The notes under the pieces are model-generated. The model saw nothing but the letters and a program-made list of their open reading frames with translations. It made no database searches and had not been told where the DNA came from. DNA of 50,280 nucleotides from Nemertoderma westbladi (Eukaryota; Animalia; Xenacoelomorpha). This document shows, in pieces, positions 22,195-35,165 of this stretch. The first letter of the stretch is position 1, and each line of letters opens with the position of its first letter. The position numbers were made by a program, and so were the translations under genes. The stretch spans positions 1-50,280 of the forward strand of contig JAUCBJ010005588.1 in the NCBI GenBank assembly GCA_032718475.1. Direction: 5' to 3'.

Positions 22195-23603
22195 GGAGCA
22201 TGCATTCTTAACATTCCTGGGAGACTTTAATGCAAGTCTACATCAATCACCTACATCGCCCTGGGTCTATAGCAATAGTGTCAACCGAAATTCCGTCCAT
22301 CTTCAGGATTTTATCTCTGGAAATGGATTGTTTTCGGCTGGAACACATTTCAAGAAGCGAACTGGAAAGTTATGGACTCATCGTGGACCCAGTGGTCACA
22401 AGTCCCAGATAGACCATATTCTGTTTCGTAGAATGTACAGGAGCTCTATACAAGACTGTAATGCATTTACACTTCGACCCTTCTCCAGTGATGACCGCCT
22501 TATTGTGGCCAAGGTAAGACTTAGTCTGCGTGCTAGCAGAACAACGAAATCTGCCTTGCCGCGGCATGACTGGTCCTCTCTGTTGCAACAGCCAAGTGTG
22601 AGATCCAGCTTCACACTACAGCTGAGCAACAGGTATGAAGTTCTTGCCTCTGAGGTGGCAGATCACTGTGAGGGCTATACTGCCTTCACAGAAGCAGTTA
22701 AGTTAGCAGCTGCAGAAACAGTTCCTGTATACCCTCGAAACAGGAAACGGGCCCCCTGGACTGACAACAAAATCCAGAAGTACCGAAATGACCTATATAA
22801 GGCGCAGAAAGAGTCCCGACTCAAACAGACTACAGCGGCCAAGAATGCAGTTAAGGCTGCATCTAGGTCCCTGAACAGGCAGTACTCTGTTAATCTACAG
22901 GAGCTAATAAACCAACAGGTTGATGCCATCAATGATGCTGACGACAGCAGGCAATCATCCCAGGCATGGAAATCGATCAACTTGCTTACTGGGTGGAAAA
23001 GCCAACCAACCACCAAGGTTAAGGCTGAATCACCAGCCGATCGCCTCAATGGTTGGAAGACCCACTTTGAAAAGCTCCTCAATAATGACAGGGTATTGCC
23101 TGAAAACTTTATAGAAGTAAAAGTAGATCATCATAATGATGATGGGGTGATGATAACTCCACCTACTGGCTCCAGACGTCGAGGAAATCCTGCCAAGTAC
23201 TTAACTGATCTAGACTTTGCTGATGACTTAGGAGTACTCTCAGAATCACTAGAGGGAGCCCAACGGCTCCTCAGCTCATTAGAACATGCTGCTTCTAGTG
23301 TTGGTCTTTTTATTAACTCCAGAAAGACCGAAATTTTGACAGTTAACTTTGAAAGTTCTCAGCAAGTCTCTGATCGGATGAGCATAAGCTCAAAGGATGG
23401 TATGCTTGAGCATGTGGACGACTTCTGTTACCTGGGATCATGGATCCGGAAGTCAGGTGAGGACCTTCGAATACGTAAGGGAAAGGCATGGGCAGCCTTG
23501 AATAGGCTTTCCAGGATTTGGAAGTCACCGAGAATTAATCGGAAACTTAAGGTTCGATTATTTAGAGCAGCAGTAGTTCCAGTACTCCTCTATGGGAGTC
23601 CAT

Positions 23604-24779
23604 ATTTGTCATATTGGCCATAGATGGCTGTCATATTTGTGGATTTCTTCAAGGCCTTCGATTCCGTGTCACGCCCACGCATGTTGCAAATTCTTCAGGC
23701 ATATGGGATCCCCAATGAGATCATTAATGCAATCAGATCAGTATATGACGGTTCCACGACCTTTGTATCCACTACTGATGGAGACACAGACCCATTTGAG
23801 GTTCTCTGGGGTGTCCTTCAAGGAGACACATTATCCCCGTTCCTCTTCATTATTGTGGTGGACTATGTGCTGCCGACATCACTCGATCTTCATGAAGCTG
23901 ATGGGGTGGAAATATCTCCACCATCAGGTAGCCGTAGACGTGGTTCCCCAGCAGAACATCTAACCGACCTTGACTTTGCAGATGACCTTGGTTTACTGTC
24001 AGAGACATTAGAAGGAGCACAGAAGCTGCTATATAGCTTAGAGGAGGCTGCATCTAGTGTTGGCCTCTTTGTGAATAGCACAAAGACCAAAATTCTGACA
24101 ATAAACATGGATTCAGAGCAGCAGAAAATTGATCGGGATAACATTCAATCGCTGGATGGACTGGTAAGTCATGTGAACGACTTCTGCTACCTTGGATCAT
24201 GGGTTCGGAGGTCTGCTGAAGATCTCCGAATTCGCAAAGGGAAAGCCTGGTCCGCCATCCACAAGCTATCCAGGATCTGGAAGAGCTCTGACATCTCATG
24301 CTCTTTAAAGGTACGCCTTTTCCGTGCAGCAGTGGAGCCTGTGCTGCTCTATGGCAGCCCATGCTGGACTCTAACTGCTGAAGACACCAGGTCCTTGGAT
24401 GGCACATACACCAGGATGCTTCGCCGGGTGCACAACATAGCATATGATGCACACATAAGCAATGAGGTGTTATATAAATATGGTAAATATGGTCTCATTG
24501 CCAAGACCTAGCATCACCCTGCAGAAACGCCGTCTAATGCTTGCTGGGCACTGTTTCCGCCGGCAGGATCAACCTGTACACAACCTTGTGCTGTGTCAGC
24601 CTGCTGGCGAGAATAGACGTGGTGGACAGCCAATGACTTTCTTCAAACGCCTGCTCAAGGACACAGGACTTGAGAACAGGAATGAATTAGGAAATTGTAT
24701 GGCTGACCGCAAGATCTGGGGGCGCTATGTTTCTGGGGCCGCCGGCACTGCACCCTAGTGCAAGCCGATCATCATCATC
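23604..24779 (+). mobile_element. 5'-truncated RTE copy nested in the same orientation inside the RTE RT region
   Basis: 12-bp TSD ATGGGAGTCCAT (23592-23603 / 24780-24791); (TCA)n tail; RT motifs FVDF.KAFDS, GVLQGDTLSP, DFADD. Confidence 0.9.
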
Positions 24780-26693
24780 ATGGGAGTCCATGCTGCGCTC
24801 TAACTGCTGAGGACACCAAATCTCTGGATGGCACATTCACAAGAATGCTACGCCGGGTTCATTGTGTCAAGTACAATGCACACATCTCCAACCAGACACT
24901 ATATAACATTGGAGGTGTCTCATTGGTTCCCCCAAGCTTGACACTAGAACAAAATCGCCTCCGCTTTGCAGGACATTGCTTTCGCCGTGAGGACCAGCCA
25001 GTGCATAATCTTGTACTTTGGCAGCCTCATGGAGTGACTAAGCATGGTGGACAGCCCATGACTTTCTTGAGACGCATCTTAAAGGACACTGGCCTTGAAG
25101 ATGCGGATGATCTACCAAATGTCATGGGTGATAGGGAGTTGTGGCGGCGCAATTTTGTCGACAAGCCGGCACAGCATTCTTAAAAATGCAGCTGCAATGC
25201 AGCATGCCGATACTAGTAGTAGTAGGTTGCTAGGAGACTGCAGGATATATCAGCTGGGTTTGAAATTCAGCAATACCGGTACAATGTAGCAAAAGTGTGG
25301 CCTTGGGAAGTGTGGTAGGCCTATTTCACTTTCAGCCATTCCAGCATTTCCAGGTGCAGATTTCAGAGTACGACACCGGTACCCTGAAGGGAGACCCGAG
25401 GACTGAAGAATGCATTTAATTTTTTGAGTTGTTTGACTGTGGACTTCTATGACATCAATGCCAAGCTGCCAATGCGAAAGTTTTTTTTTAAGTAAAAGTT
25501 TGGTTAAATTTTATTAATTATTTATTTAAATTTCTTAAGTACCGATTTTGGGATAGAATTGCTCAATTTTAATCTGTATCACTGTATCTAATAACTGACC
25601 CTCGTCCTGCGCGATGGCCCCACACCCCCCACGAAGGTGTAATCAGTGGTCGAGGTTCTGTTATGAATATAGTATGAGTAAATATACTACTTTATCAGTT
25701 CACAAGATTTCTGGATTTAACGAATCGAGCTCTATTTCTCAACAATACACCATATCAATATCAATATGTCCTATAATACAGAGATATAATCATAAAAAAA
25801 ACAGTTCACAGTGTTGGTTGACACCGGTAACGGGCACGAAAAACACAGAAAAACAGTACAAATATCAAATTTATTTACAAAAACTATATCAATCGCCACA
25901 TACAGATATCCTGTACATGTACAGATATCCTGTACCGGTAAGTGAATTTATGAATTAAATTGAATTGATGAATTGAATTTGAATTGAATTAATGTGAGCC
26001 CGTATGGGCTCTTATATTTTTATATCAAGGATGACCGCACACAATTTTAAAATGATGCAATCATAGTGTACTATACTATAATTTACCGAGTGAGCATTTT
26101 AATCTTTTTTTAAATGCATTTATCTTTTGAAACCGGAAACTATAGAGTTTAAGACTTATATTAAGTGCCCTGGCAGGAATCGACAGTAGTGGTGCTAGTG
26201 TTGCTGGTTCCTGCCATCGGTCAACCTTGGGGGGGGGGGGGGGGGGGGGGGACTTTCAGGATCAGCCAGCCCATATTAATAGTCAATACGCATCATTCAT
26301 AGCCCATGTGTATTTTGAAATTTACCTTCGATATCTGCCGTAAAAAGATAATGTTTTTGTCGTAAAATTATTCGAGAAATAGGGTTTGATTTTTGCTTGT
26401 ATTTATACATCGGGTATATGTTATTGTTTTTACTGTAAGTCGTTAATTAAGTAGAGTAATTAGTATAGAGTAATTAAGTGAAGTAAGTACTGCATTTACA
26501 TGTTGTAACTCATAATGTAATGTAACTCATTGCATCGACACTAATAATAGAAAAGTCTACTATTAATGATATACATAATAAGATGCAATATTACAGTAGT
26601 AGTGTCCGTGTCATATGGTATACTGTAGTAGGCCTACTGTAGTTTATTCCAAGTCTCCAATCATCATACTATATTCCAGGACATGGTGTAAGA

Positions 26694-26891
26694 CGGTGAG
26701 ACCTGGAGCCAGGGTCTCGAAGCTCTCGAGCATTCGAAGGGCCTTGGATTCTCAAGACCTGGGGCTCGGGCGCCCGAACCCGAGGCCCGACTTTCGAGAC
26801 CCTCTCCAAATCCTCGGGCGCTTGAGATCCCAAGCGAAAATCAAGGTCCCGGCGGGCTCGGCAGCTTCGAGATCCCGGCTCCTGGACACTG
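26694..26891. mobile_element. GC-rich MITE-like fold-back element (~200 bp)
   Basis: Imperfect ~55-bp inverted ends (cctggagccagggtctcgaagct / agcttcgagatcccggctcctgg). No clear TSD. Confidence 0.6.
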
Positions 26892-26948
26892 ACAAATTAC
26901 TTAAATAATGAATTGATGATTGTTACACAAATCTATTAATGGCAGCAT

Positions 26949-28136
26949 TGTAAAAGCTTTTGCGGATATAACAGGTCATTTTTTTCCGCAATATACTGTG
27001 TAGGTGTTTTAGCGGACATAACAAGCCATTTTCTCCGCAATGCGCTTAATACTCTAAAGACTGTAACTCAGATGACGAAATCTATCAGCTGATTTACTGT
27101 AAACGTGGCACATCTCTTTGTTCAGCTCGCTCAGCTCAGCCAATCAGAGCGATTTTCATTTTATCTTGTACAGAGGCCTACGGAAAACCGCGCAATGCAT
27201 TACGGTCTTTGTTTACCTTTTCTGAGCCTCCGAACATCGGCTTAGAGATTCTTCTGTACTTCTGTAGAAGTTTCAGACTTTGACCTAAACATCAGAAACA
27301 TCAGATGGCTTTGATTACAAGAACGTAAAACTATTAACTGAATCATACTTCATATCTGAATCACTGAAACAACGCGGCACTACGCAACGCGATTCAACTA
27401 CCGCATCACACCGCAATTCATGCATTGCTGCACATGGAACACTGCATAAGTAACACATACTGACTGTTCACCGCATTATTTGATTCTGTTGTTAATTGGT
27501 GTTGTGTTGGTGTATATTGCTTATATATTTGGAGAATACCGATGAATAATCATAAAACCCCAATCTTCTTGATTACTAAAGGTTAGAGGAACAGGTTTAC
27601 CGGTAGCAACTGCGACTTACAATATAGTGGTTTTTGTGTGAATTGAATGCTATTTCATAATCCCTACATGTGTTAGTTGCGATCCTCCTTATATATGATC
27701 AAATTCAGTGACGGTCGGCAGATCAGTGCGAAGTAGTGTGAAGTAGTGTGAAGTCGTGTGAAGTAGTGTGAAGGTTAATAAAGCATCTCCTAAAGAATGC
27801 GCTTTTTAAGAAACTCAGTAGCCATCCAGTTGTGATTAGTATAAGTCATAACTCTGTTTTATACTTAAAGCGCCACGTCCTAAAGGAACTGTTAATATTT
27901 CCCCAAAAGTAAATATATTGTCAGAGATTATATATTAACGATCAATCGAATAATACAGTAGGTCTACACTGCAATCACTATCAAAGCATCCGAATCCAGT
28001 CTCCCTTAACTGTGGGTGAATGGTCGCGCACAGGCTGGCTTCGGCTGATGTAACTTCAGTACATTAAATAATTGATAAACAAAAAGGACAATTAAAATTG
28101 GCAGGTTAAACTGCTAAAGGTCTAAAAGCGCGAACA
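26949..28136 (+). mobile_element. Solo LTR of the BEL-like family (divergent variant)
   Basis: TGTAAAAGC...GCGCGAACA with 5-bp TSD AGCAT (26944-26948 / 28137-28141). Internal (gaagtagtgt)x4. Confidence 0.92.
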
Positions 28137-29379
28137 AGCATTTCTTGGTCTAAACATCAGCTGGAGATAAAACATGACTAATACCGACCTTTATAGTATG
28201 ATACAACCTGTATCAATTACTCTTCATGAATGCGGATTTACTATTCAGTGGACTGAATTTTGCACTGCTTCAGAAGTTTAGATGAAGTCATCCCAGATCT
28301 ACTTTTGCAACTAACTCAATGTTGATGTTCGCGTGGACAACTCAATGAGAATCTGTAAACCTGGAAGGACTATAAATCTCAAGGCTGTCAGGCTGGGGAT
28401 CTATTTGATAAACATAACACAGTAACAAGTAACAAGCATAATTAACATAATCTATCAACAAAAATATAGCAAAGCAAAAATCATCATCAACAACATGTTT
28501 TAATAGGAGTTTTGTGAGTATTAAACGTTAATTTAAAATACTGGGGAATACTTTAAAATACTACAGTATAAATTGGTCCAAATGGCTACTTGGTATAAAT
28601 TATAGCTTTTCGGTTTACTCATTGGTTGTACAATTGGGGTAAAAACAGTTAGTTACATCAGTTATTAATTCAAACGTTGTTTAAGATTTGTTGGTTTTGT
28701 TCGTATAATAATAAATTAAATAGCAAAAAAGTAATTATATTAACAATTATAATTTTTTTGTATCAGTACATAGGCCTACAATAATTTGAAGCCAATTAAT
28801 ATTATAGATAACAATAATTGTATTTATAAATCACAATAAATAATACAAAAGAGGATGTAAATAATTTTGGAAAGATAATTTTTTACATATATTTATTTTT
28901 TTCAGATTCATACTGGTAATCTTCCTGTAGTTCCACTAAACATTGTTAGGTTGGTTACACGTCCTGTGTGATGGGAGCCGTTGACAGAAACTCCCAACTG
29001 ACTGGCTAAAGCTTATAGAGATGGTCGTTCCACTGAGTTCTAGGTCTTTAGGGTCAGGGGGTAGTTGTTGCTGCGAAAGGATTAGTTCTTAGTCTTTCAA
29101 TGTGTATAATTGGTCTAATTATATTGCACAACAACTGATGTGTCTGATTTACTAACAACAACCTATATCTAATTATACAAAACGTATTGCCCTCTTTGGG
29201 TAAAGTTGTCACTGACCACCATGGGCTGGTTTCCAGTTGTTGTACTGTACTGTATTGTACTGTACAGCAGCTGATTAACTAACTATATGAGAATTAGTAA
29301 TTGCACCAATAATAGTTAGTGGCTTTAGAGTTGATATCACCATCACCTATCTCATTGGTTGACAACATCACACCATATT

Positions 29380-29572
29380 CTCCTCCCCCTTGGGCAATGT
29401 TGGTAGTAGACATGTACCGAACAACAAGAGTCCCACAAGAAATGAAAACAAATAAGTTGGTGCCAGTTCCCAAGAAGGGCAACCTAACACTCTATGGTTC
29501 TTTTCGGGGAATCTCATTGATCTCGATTGCTGCAAAGCTATACAATAGAATTCTATTAAATCGTATCAGGAT
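29380..29572 (+). pseudogene. RTE-type RT N-terminal fragment
   Basis: VPVPKKGNL...FRGISLISIAAKLYNRILLNRIR. Confidence 0.75.
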
Positions 29573-30904
29573 CGTATCGTATGTTCTGTGGTCTGATGTC
29601 TGTTTGGGATAGGTGGTAACAGAGTTCATGGTGCGATTTTTTAGGTCATTGGTGCAATATAGATAGGCTTTGGGTAATCCTTTGTCCAGCTGATGAGGTG
29701 TCGAGATTACCGCGTACTGGGTCTCAGACACCGAAACGCAACCATATTTTTGATAAAATTAATTATTTTTGCCTGAGTTCTACCCCTATACGGCGACAAA
29801 ATGTCATATATTTTTTTATAGAATATAGGCTTAGCTTTTGTGCAGTATACTACCGGTATCATTTAGTGTATGGCGGTTAGGTTAGGGTTAGGGAGCGATA
29901 CATACCTGTATGTTGAGCATGTTTCAATATATTTGTTTATGTCGTTTTTGTTTGTATTATTTTGTGTCGTTTTTTGATGGCCGTAGGGCTGAGTACTACT
30001 TAGGGCTTAATGTCCTGATCCTATGTTTTTTGTTAGTTTAAGGGGTGTAAGACTTTAGTGTTTACCCATTTATTATATTTATATACCAAGCCCCTATTAG
30101 TCAGTATGTCTGTACTTTCAATTATCATGAACAGTTCACAACAGACAACCCACCCCAACCATTGGATTTACTGAGACACACTCAACACTCCAACCACCTT
30201 GCTACCTGTCTTCCTAGCTAGCTAGAGTTAAATAATCATACAACGTTGCTATGATACAGAGAAAATCCTTCCCTATTCGCTACCATAGGCAAAGTTCAGG
30301 CTGCGTGAGGGAATATTACATATTTATACACTATTTTATTTTCAATCAATAAATAATCATACATCTTTATGTTAAACACTCGAATATAATAAAAACTTTG
30401 TGAGAATGGGACACGGCGAATCGACCGGTGCTATTTTTATACTGCAAGAGCTTAATTTTACCCGCTTAAATAATTAATAACCGAAATAATAACCCAAATA
30501 ATCGATTAATTTCTTTGTATAGTTGGCCATGAAGTAGAGCACTTCTTACCCTTCCAAGCCAATATCAATGTGCACAAACAAACATACAGACAAACACACA
30601 GACGTTTTTTTTTTGACAGCAAGAAGCCCTGACGGTTTTCTAATATATTAGATAAACTTAGTAATATTGTTTCAACATTGAATTTTTTTTAAACCAATTT
30701 GATAATTTTTGCTATTATTCGCAATTTAATACTTCTTTTAATTTGTATCTACACCAAATAAATCTTGTTCGTTTTCGATTAACAATAGTAAACTACAGGC
30801 TACTTCGATTGTTACATTGATAAATAAATAAGCCATAAATAGAACATAAAAGATTAATTAATGTTCAAGTGCAGCCATGTTCGTAAATTCAATTCAAGCT
30901 AGAG

Positions 30905-31033
30905 TCATTCTGTGTCATCATGATCTTCAGACTGAATATTGACCAGCATTATAATGCACATCAATATCGTAGCCAATGTGAATATCCACATAAACAATCT
31001 GTCTATGATCCTAGCTACCATCTGCCATCGTTC
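30905..31033 (-). CDS. Terminal exon of a nicotinic acetylcholine receptor-like (Cys-loop cation channel) subunit: M4 helix
   Basis: ttatAG| ERWQMVARIIDRLFMWIFTLATILMCIIMLVNIQSEDHDDTE*, the W..VA...DRLF.WIF M4 signature. Phase 0. Too short to appear in the ORF track. Confidence 0.88.
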   Translation of the reverse strand, partial: ERWQMVARIIDRLFMWIFTLATILMCIIMLVNIQSEDHDDTE

Positions 31034-31427
31034 CTATAATAATTCAATATAATAAATAAATTTATAAAAATAATTATTGAGATTCGAATGCATATTTGAA
31101 TCTGCAGGAAATAAAGATTTAATTTGTATTTTAATTGATCGAAAATCTCTCTCCATAGAAACAAAGATAAAAAATTATCGGAGCACTGCGAAATGACGTC
31201 AAATCTGTAGCAGCTAATTGCAGTCGATTTTCAAAATTGGCTTCCCCCGCTTACTTAAACCCGCTATTTCGACCGTTTCCTTGTTATTTTACAAAAAACA
31301 CACCCCGCCACTCGAATCGGGATACCTTGTTACCCCTCATTCAATTGTTTCTAGCCGAACAATTTTTTGCGCACCAAACCTATTTAAGATTAAAAAAAGC
31401 AAGCAGTCGGCCGAAACCGGAGGCTAC

Positions 31428-33138
31428 CCCAAAGGTAGGGTGGGCGCTACTCCTATCTGCTGCCCAATGGTAGGGGTGGGCGCTACTCCTATCTGCTGCC
31501 CAAAGGTAGGGGTGGGCGCTACTCCTATCTGCTACCCGAAGGTAGGGGTGGGCGCTATTCCTTTCTGCTGCCCAAAGGTAGGGGTGGGCGCTACTCCTAT
31601 CTGCCGCCAAAAGGTAGGAGTGGGCGCTACTCCTATCTGCTGCCCAAAGGTAGGGGTGGGCGCTACTCCTATCTGCTGCCCAAAGGTAGGAGTGGGCGCT
31701 ACTCCTATCTGCTGCCCAAAGGTAGGGATGGGCGCTACTCCTATCTGCTGCCAAAAGGTAGGAGTGGGCGCTACTCCTATCTGCTGCCCAAAGGTAGGGG
31801 TGGGCGCTACTCCTATCTGCTGCCCAAAGGTAGGGGTGGGCGCTACTCCTATCTGCTGACCAATGGTAGGGGTGGGCGCTACTCCTATCTGCTGCCCAAA
31901 GGTAGGAGTGGGCGCTACTCCTATCTGCTGCCCAAAGGTAGGAGTGTGCGCTACTCCTATCTGCTGCCCAAAGGTAGGGGTGGTCGCTACTCCTATCTGC
32001 TGCCCAATGGTAGGGGTGGGCGCTACTCCTATCTGCTACCCGAAGGTAGGGGTGGGCGCTACTCCTATCTGCTGCCCAAAGGTAGGGGTGGGCGCTACTC
32101 CTATCTGCTGCCCAAAGGTAGGGGTGGGCGCTACTCCTATCTGCTGCCCAAAGGTAGGGGTGGGCGCTACTCCTATCTGCTGCCCAAAGGTCGGTGTGGG
32201 CGCTACTCCTATCTGCTGCCCAAAGGTAGGGGTGGGCGCTACTCCTATCTGCTGCCCAAAGGTAGGGGTGGGCGCTACTCCTATCTACTTGGGCGCTACT
32301 CCTATCTGCTACCAGAAGGTAGGGGTGGGCGCTACTCCTATCTGCTGCCCAAAGGTAGGGGTGGGCGCTACTCCTATCTGCTGCCCAAAGGTAGGGGTGG
32401 GCGCTACTCCTATCTGCTGCCCAAAGGTAGGGGTGGGCGCTACTCCTATCTGCTGCCAAAAGGTAGGAGTGGGCGCTACTCCTATCTGCTGCCCAAAGGT
32501 AGGGGTGGGCGCTACTCCTATCTGCTGCCCAAAGGTAGGGGTGGGCGCTACTCCTATCTGCTGACCAATGGTAGGGGTGGGCGCTACTCCTATCTGCTGC
32601 CCAAAGGTAGGAGTGGGCGCTACTCCTATCTGCTGCCCAAAGGTAGGAATGTGCGCTACTCCTATCTGCTGCCCAAAGGTAGGGGTGGTCGCTACTCCTA
32701 TCTGCTGCCCAATGGTAGGGGTGGGCGCTACTCCTATCTGCTACCCGAAGGTAGGGGTGGGCGCTACTCCTATCTGCTGCCCAAAGGTAGGGGTGGGCGC
32801 TACTCCTTTCTGCTGCCCAAAGGTAGGGGTGGGCGCTACTCCTATCTGCTGCCCAAAGGTAGGGGTGGGCGCTACTCCTATCTGCTGCCCAAAGGTCGGT
32901 GTGGGCGCTACTCCTATCTGCTGCCCAAAGGTAGGGGTGGGCGCTACTCCTATCTGCTGCCCAAAGGTAGGGGTGGGCGCTACTCCTATCTACTTGGGCG
33001 CTACTCCTATCTGCTACCAGAAGGTAGGGGTGGGCGCTACTCCTATCTGCTGCCCAAAGGTAGGGGTGGGCGCTACTCCTATCTGCTGCCCAAAGGTAGG
33101 GGTGGGCGCTGCTCCTATCTACTTGGGCGCTACTCCTA
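31428..33138. repeat. 36-bp minisatellite (~47 units) with a 705-bp higher-order duplication, inside the last nAChR intron
   Basis: Unit cccaaaggtaggggtgggcgctactcctatctgctg. Variant units recur 705 bp apart (e.g. tacttggg at 32286 and 32991). Confidence 0.97.
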
Positions 33139-33525
33139 GCCCAAGTGTTGCTCCCAGTAATTCAACTGATCCTCATTTTATCGAGCCATGTAAGGCCGAT
33201 TGTACCCTAACGGTGCTGAACCTACAACCAATAGATTGTAAGCCAGGCCCCCAATAAACTGAACTATCCCGCTTTCTTCGAATTCAGGATTAGTATTTCA
33301 ATAAAATTTATTAACTCACCCAACGTTACATCATTTGGTGAGGAAGAGGTATTGAAAAAGTTTAATAAAGTAAACAGTAAAAAAAACTAAAAAATTTGAA
33401 AGTGGTGGCTTAGAGCTCTTGCTACCAACCAGTTTTATTGAACAACTGATGGTGATTACAGTATTAATCAATAAACAATAAATTAAACCAAAAAATGCCA
33501 AATGCGAAGTATTTCAACGACATAC

Positions 33526-33776
33526 CTTCTCCTCGTTATCCTTTTCGAAAGAGTTCATTGTGTTAGTTATATTGTCAAGAGATTTCCTAATCTTTACAAT
33601 ATCATAGTTGTTTCCACCAGTAGATGATGACGGCCCATCTACGAACGCCATGTCTTCCTCTGCTAACTCAGCCCTGACAGGTTCCATTCCTAGGATCACT
33701 TCAGGATTAGCCATGGTCGCACTCAAACCGGCAGCTAAACTCATCCGCCTTTGGCTCACGTGCTTCGAAGTAACCA
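33526..33776 (-). CDS. Penultimate exon of the same nAChR-like subunit (M3-M4 loop, MA helix)
   Basis: ttttAG acceptor, open frame ending IRKSLDNITNTMNSFEKDNEEK, and a GTATGT donor in phase 0 that matches the next exon. Confidence 0.78.
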
Positions 33777-34172
33777 CTAAAATATATTAAGAAAAGTACA
33801 AAGTTAAAGAAAAAGTCTTAATAATTCGTTTCAAAGAAACTCTAATAAATATATATATATATAAATAAATATATTCGCTGAGGTTTTTTAAACTCGAGGT
33901 TATATTTATTACGATATTTGTACTGCGCACTTAGTGGTGGGTAAATTTAACTAATAATTAATATATTATATATTGCTATAATCATAGAATTTTCATTCAA
34001 GTTTATATACTCGTTTTGTTACCTCCATCTATCATGCCGCAATACAATTTGGTAAACAATTACGTATTTAATCCAATATAATTGTTTTCTAGAAAATTAA
34101 AGAATAGTAAGTAATTTATAGAAAATAACTATTTAGATGTTCAATGTAGTCTTCAATATGTTCAATATTCAA

Positions 34173-34429
34173 GCAGCAGCTTGGTCTAGTGGTGACATTA
34201 CTGGGCTTCCGATTAGGGAGCCCTGGTTCGATCCCTAGATGGGGCAGCACTGTTTGGGCACAGTGCTTTAAATGCTGCAGCCTAGCCCAATCCCGGCTTT
34301 CATCCTTCAGTGGTCGATAAATGGGAACCAAGGCAACTTGGGAAACAGAGTGGAAGGGTTTACTGTGGAAGATCACCCAAGGTGGTGAACAGGCATTCCT
34401 TGGCTTAACGAGCCTAAAAGATTCTCCCA
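34173..34429 (+). mobile_element. tRNA-derived SINE (central domain resembles the Meta-SINE domain)
   Basis: A box TGGTCTAGTGG 34182-34192; B box GGTTCGATCCC 34225-34235; core gctttcatccttcagtggtcgataaatgg; 17-bp TSD TTCAATATGTTCAATAT (34152-34168 / 34430-34446). Confidence 0.85.
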
Positions 34430-34469
34430 TTCAATATGTTCAATATAAAGCAATATATGCAGACAAACT

Positions 34470-34920
34470 TGGCCATAGCGCAAGGTGTGCACAAGAGCAC
34501 CGAATGCAGAGTGGGGAGATTGATGAGATCCAGATACAGACATGGGGTGGTTGGCGACGTGCCCTCGTCTCAGCTCTATTGATTAATCCAACTGCATATG
34601 CAGCATTGGACATAATAGATCTAATATACAACCACATCATCTGTTGCCACCACTCATGTTCTGGAAGACTGGCTGAGAGGTTTCATAATGAGGCTCTGAT
34701 GTGTGTTATTCACCAACTAGTGTTGACCCAGTAGAGGAGGTCGACAATTTCTATCACAGCTACAAGAAGCTACTGATGGAGTGGATCAGCATGCATTCTT
34801 ATCTTTCATGGATGATTTTAAAGCCTGTCTCCATCCTTCCTGAACATCGCCATGGATCTACAGCCTTAGTGCCAATTCGACCAACCTACACCTGTACCAC
34901 CCAAGGACAAAATTGACATA
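34470..34920 (+). pseudogene. Decayed RTE endonuclease fragment
   Basis: Homologous to 18410-18755 plus 22200-22400 (QEHRMQ, CYSPTSV). It provides the empty-site sequence for the hAT insertion. Confidence 0.8.
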
Positions 34921-35165
34921 AGACTTGGTTTCCCATATGAGGAGGGCCTCACTGAAAGTTTGGAAAAACTCAGTGCTCTCTATGGGGTGGAAACTTACTT
35001 TGTACCGGGGCGGAAGTTGGCATCTTTTCTGCTAAAAGTTCATAAACCGGTGACTGATCATGGGGGCGTAGTATATAGGATCCCATGCGAATGTGGGCTA
35101 ACATATATAGGTGAAACTAAATACAGTATGGATATCCGTTTAACGCAACATGACAGTGATGTAAG

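Larger units (their letters stand above)
17539..25224 (+). mobile_element. RTE-clade non-LTR retrotransposon with both ends, inactivated and carrying two nested insertions
   Basis: 12-bp TSD GGTTGCTAGGAG (17527-17538 / 25225-25236); (TAG)n tail; APE motifs (VGVQEHR, YSPT, GDFN, QIDHIL, SDDR); RT DFADDL..YLGS..LLYG. The N-terminal half of RT is deleted at ~23125. Confidence 0.92.

Noticed and set aside
29874-29893. Telomeric TTAGGG-like repeats
   Set aside because: Only 3-4 imperfect units; such tracts are common inside non-autonomous DNA elements and give no evidence of a fusion site.
25586-30653. Large Helitron/Lep1-like element (atctaataactgaccc start; acag-type repeats and tatattagat end)
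   Set aside because: The ends resemble such elements, but I cannot show they belong to one insertion.
31428-33138. CRISPR-like array
   Set aside because: The units are head-to-tail with no unique spacers, there are no cas genes, and the context is eukaryotic.
31218-33257. Long Cys-rich, RGGRY-rich and AADRSS ORFs on both strands
   Set aside because: They are by-products of a 36-bp (multiple of 3) minisatellite inside an intron; there is no non-repetitive coding context.
34173-34245. tRNA gene
   Set aside because: The tRNA-like head continues into a SINE body flanked by a 17-bp TSD.
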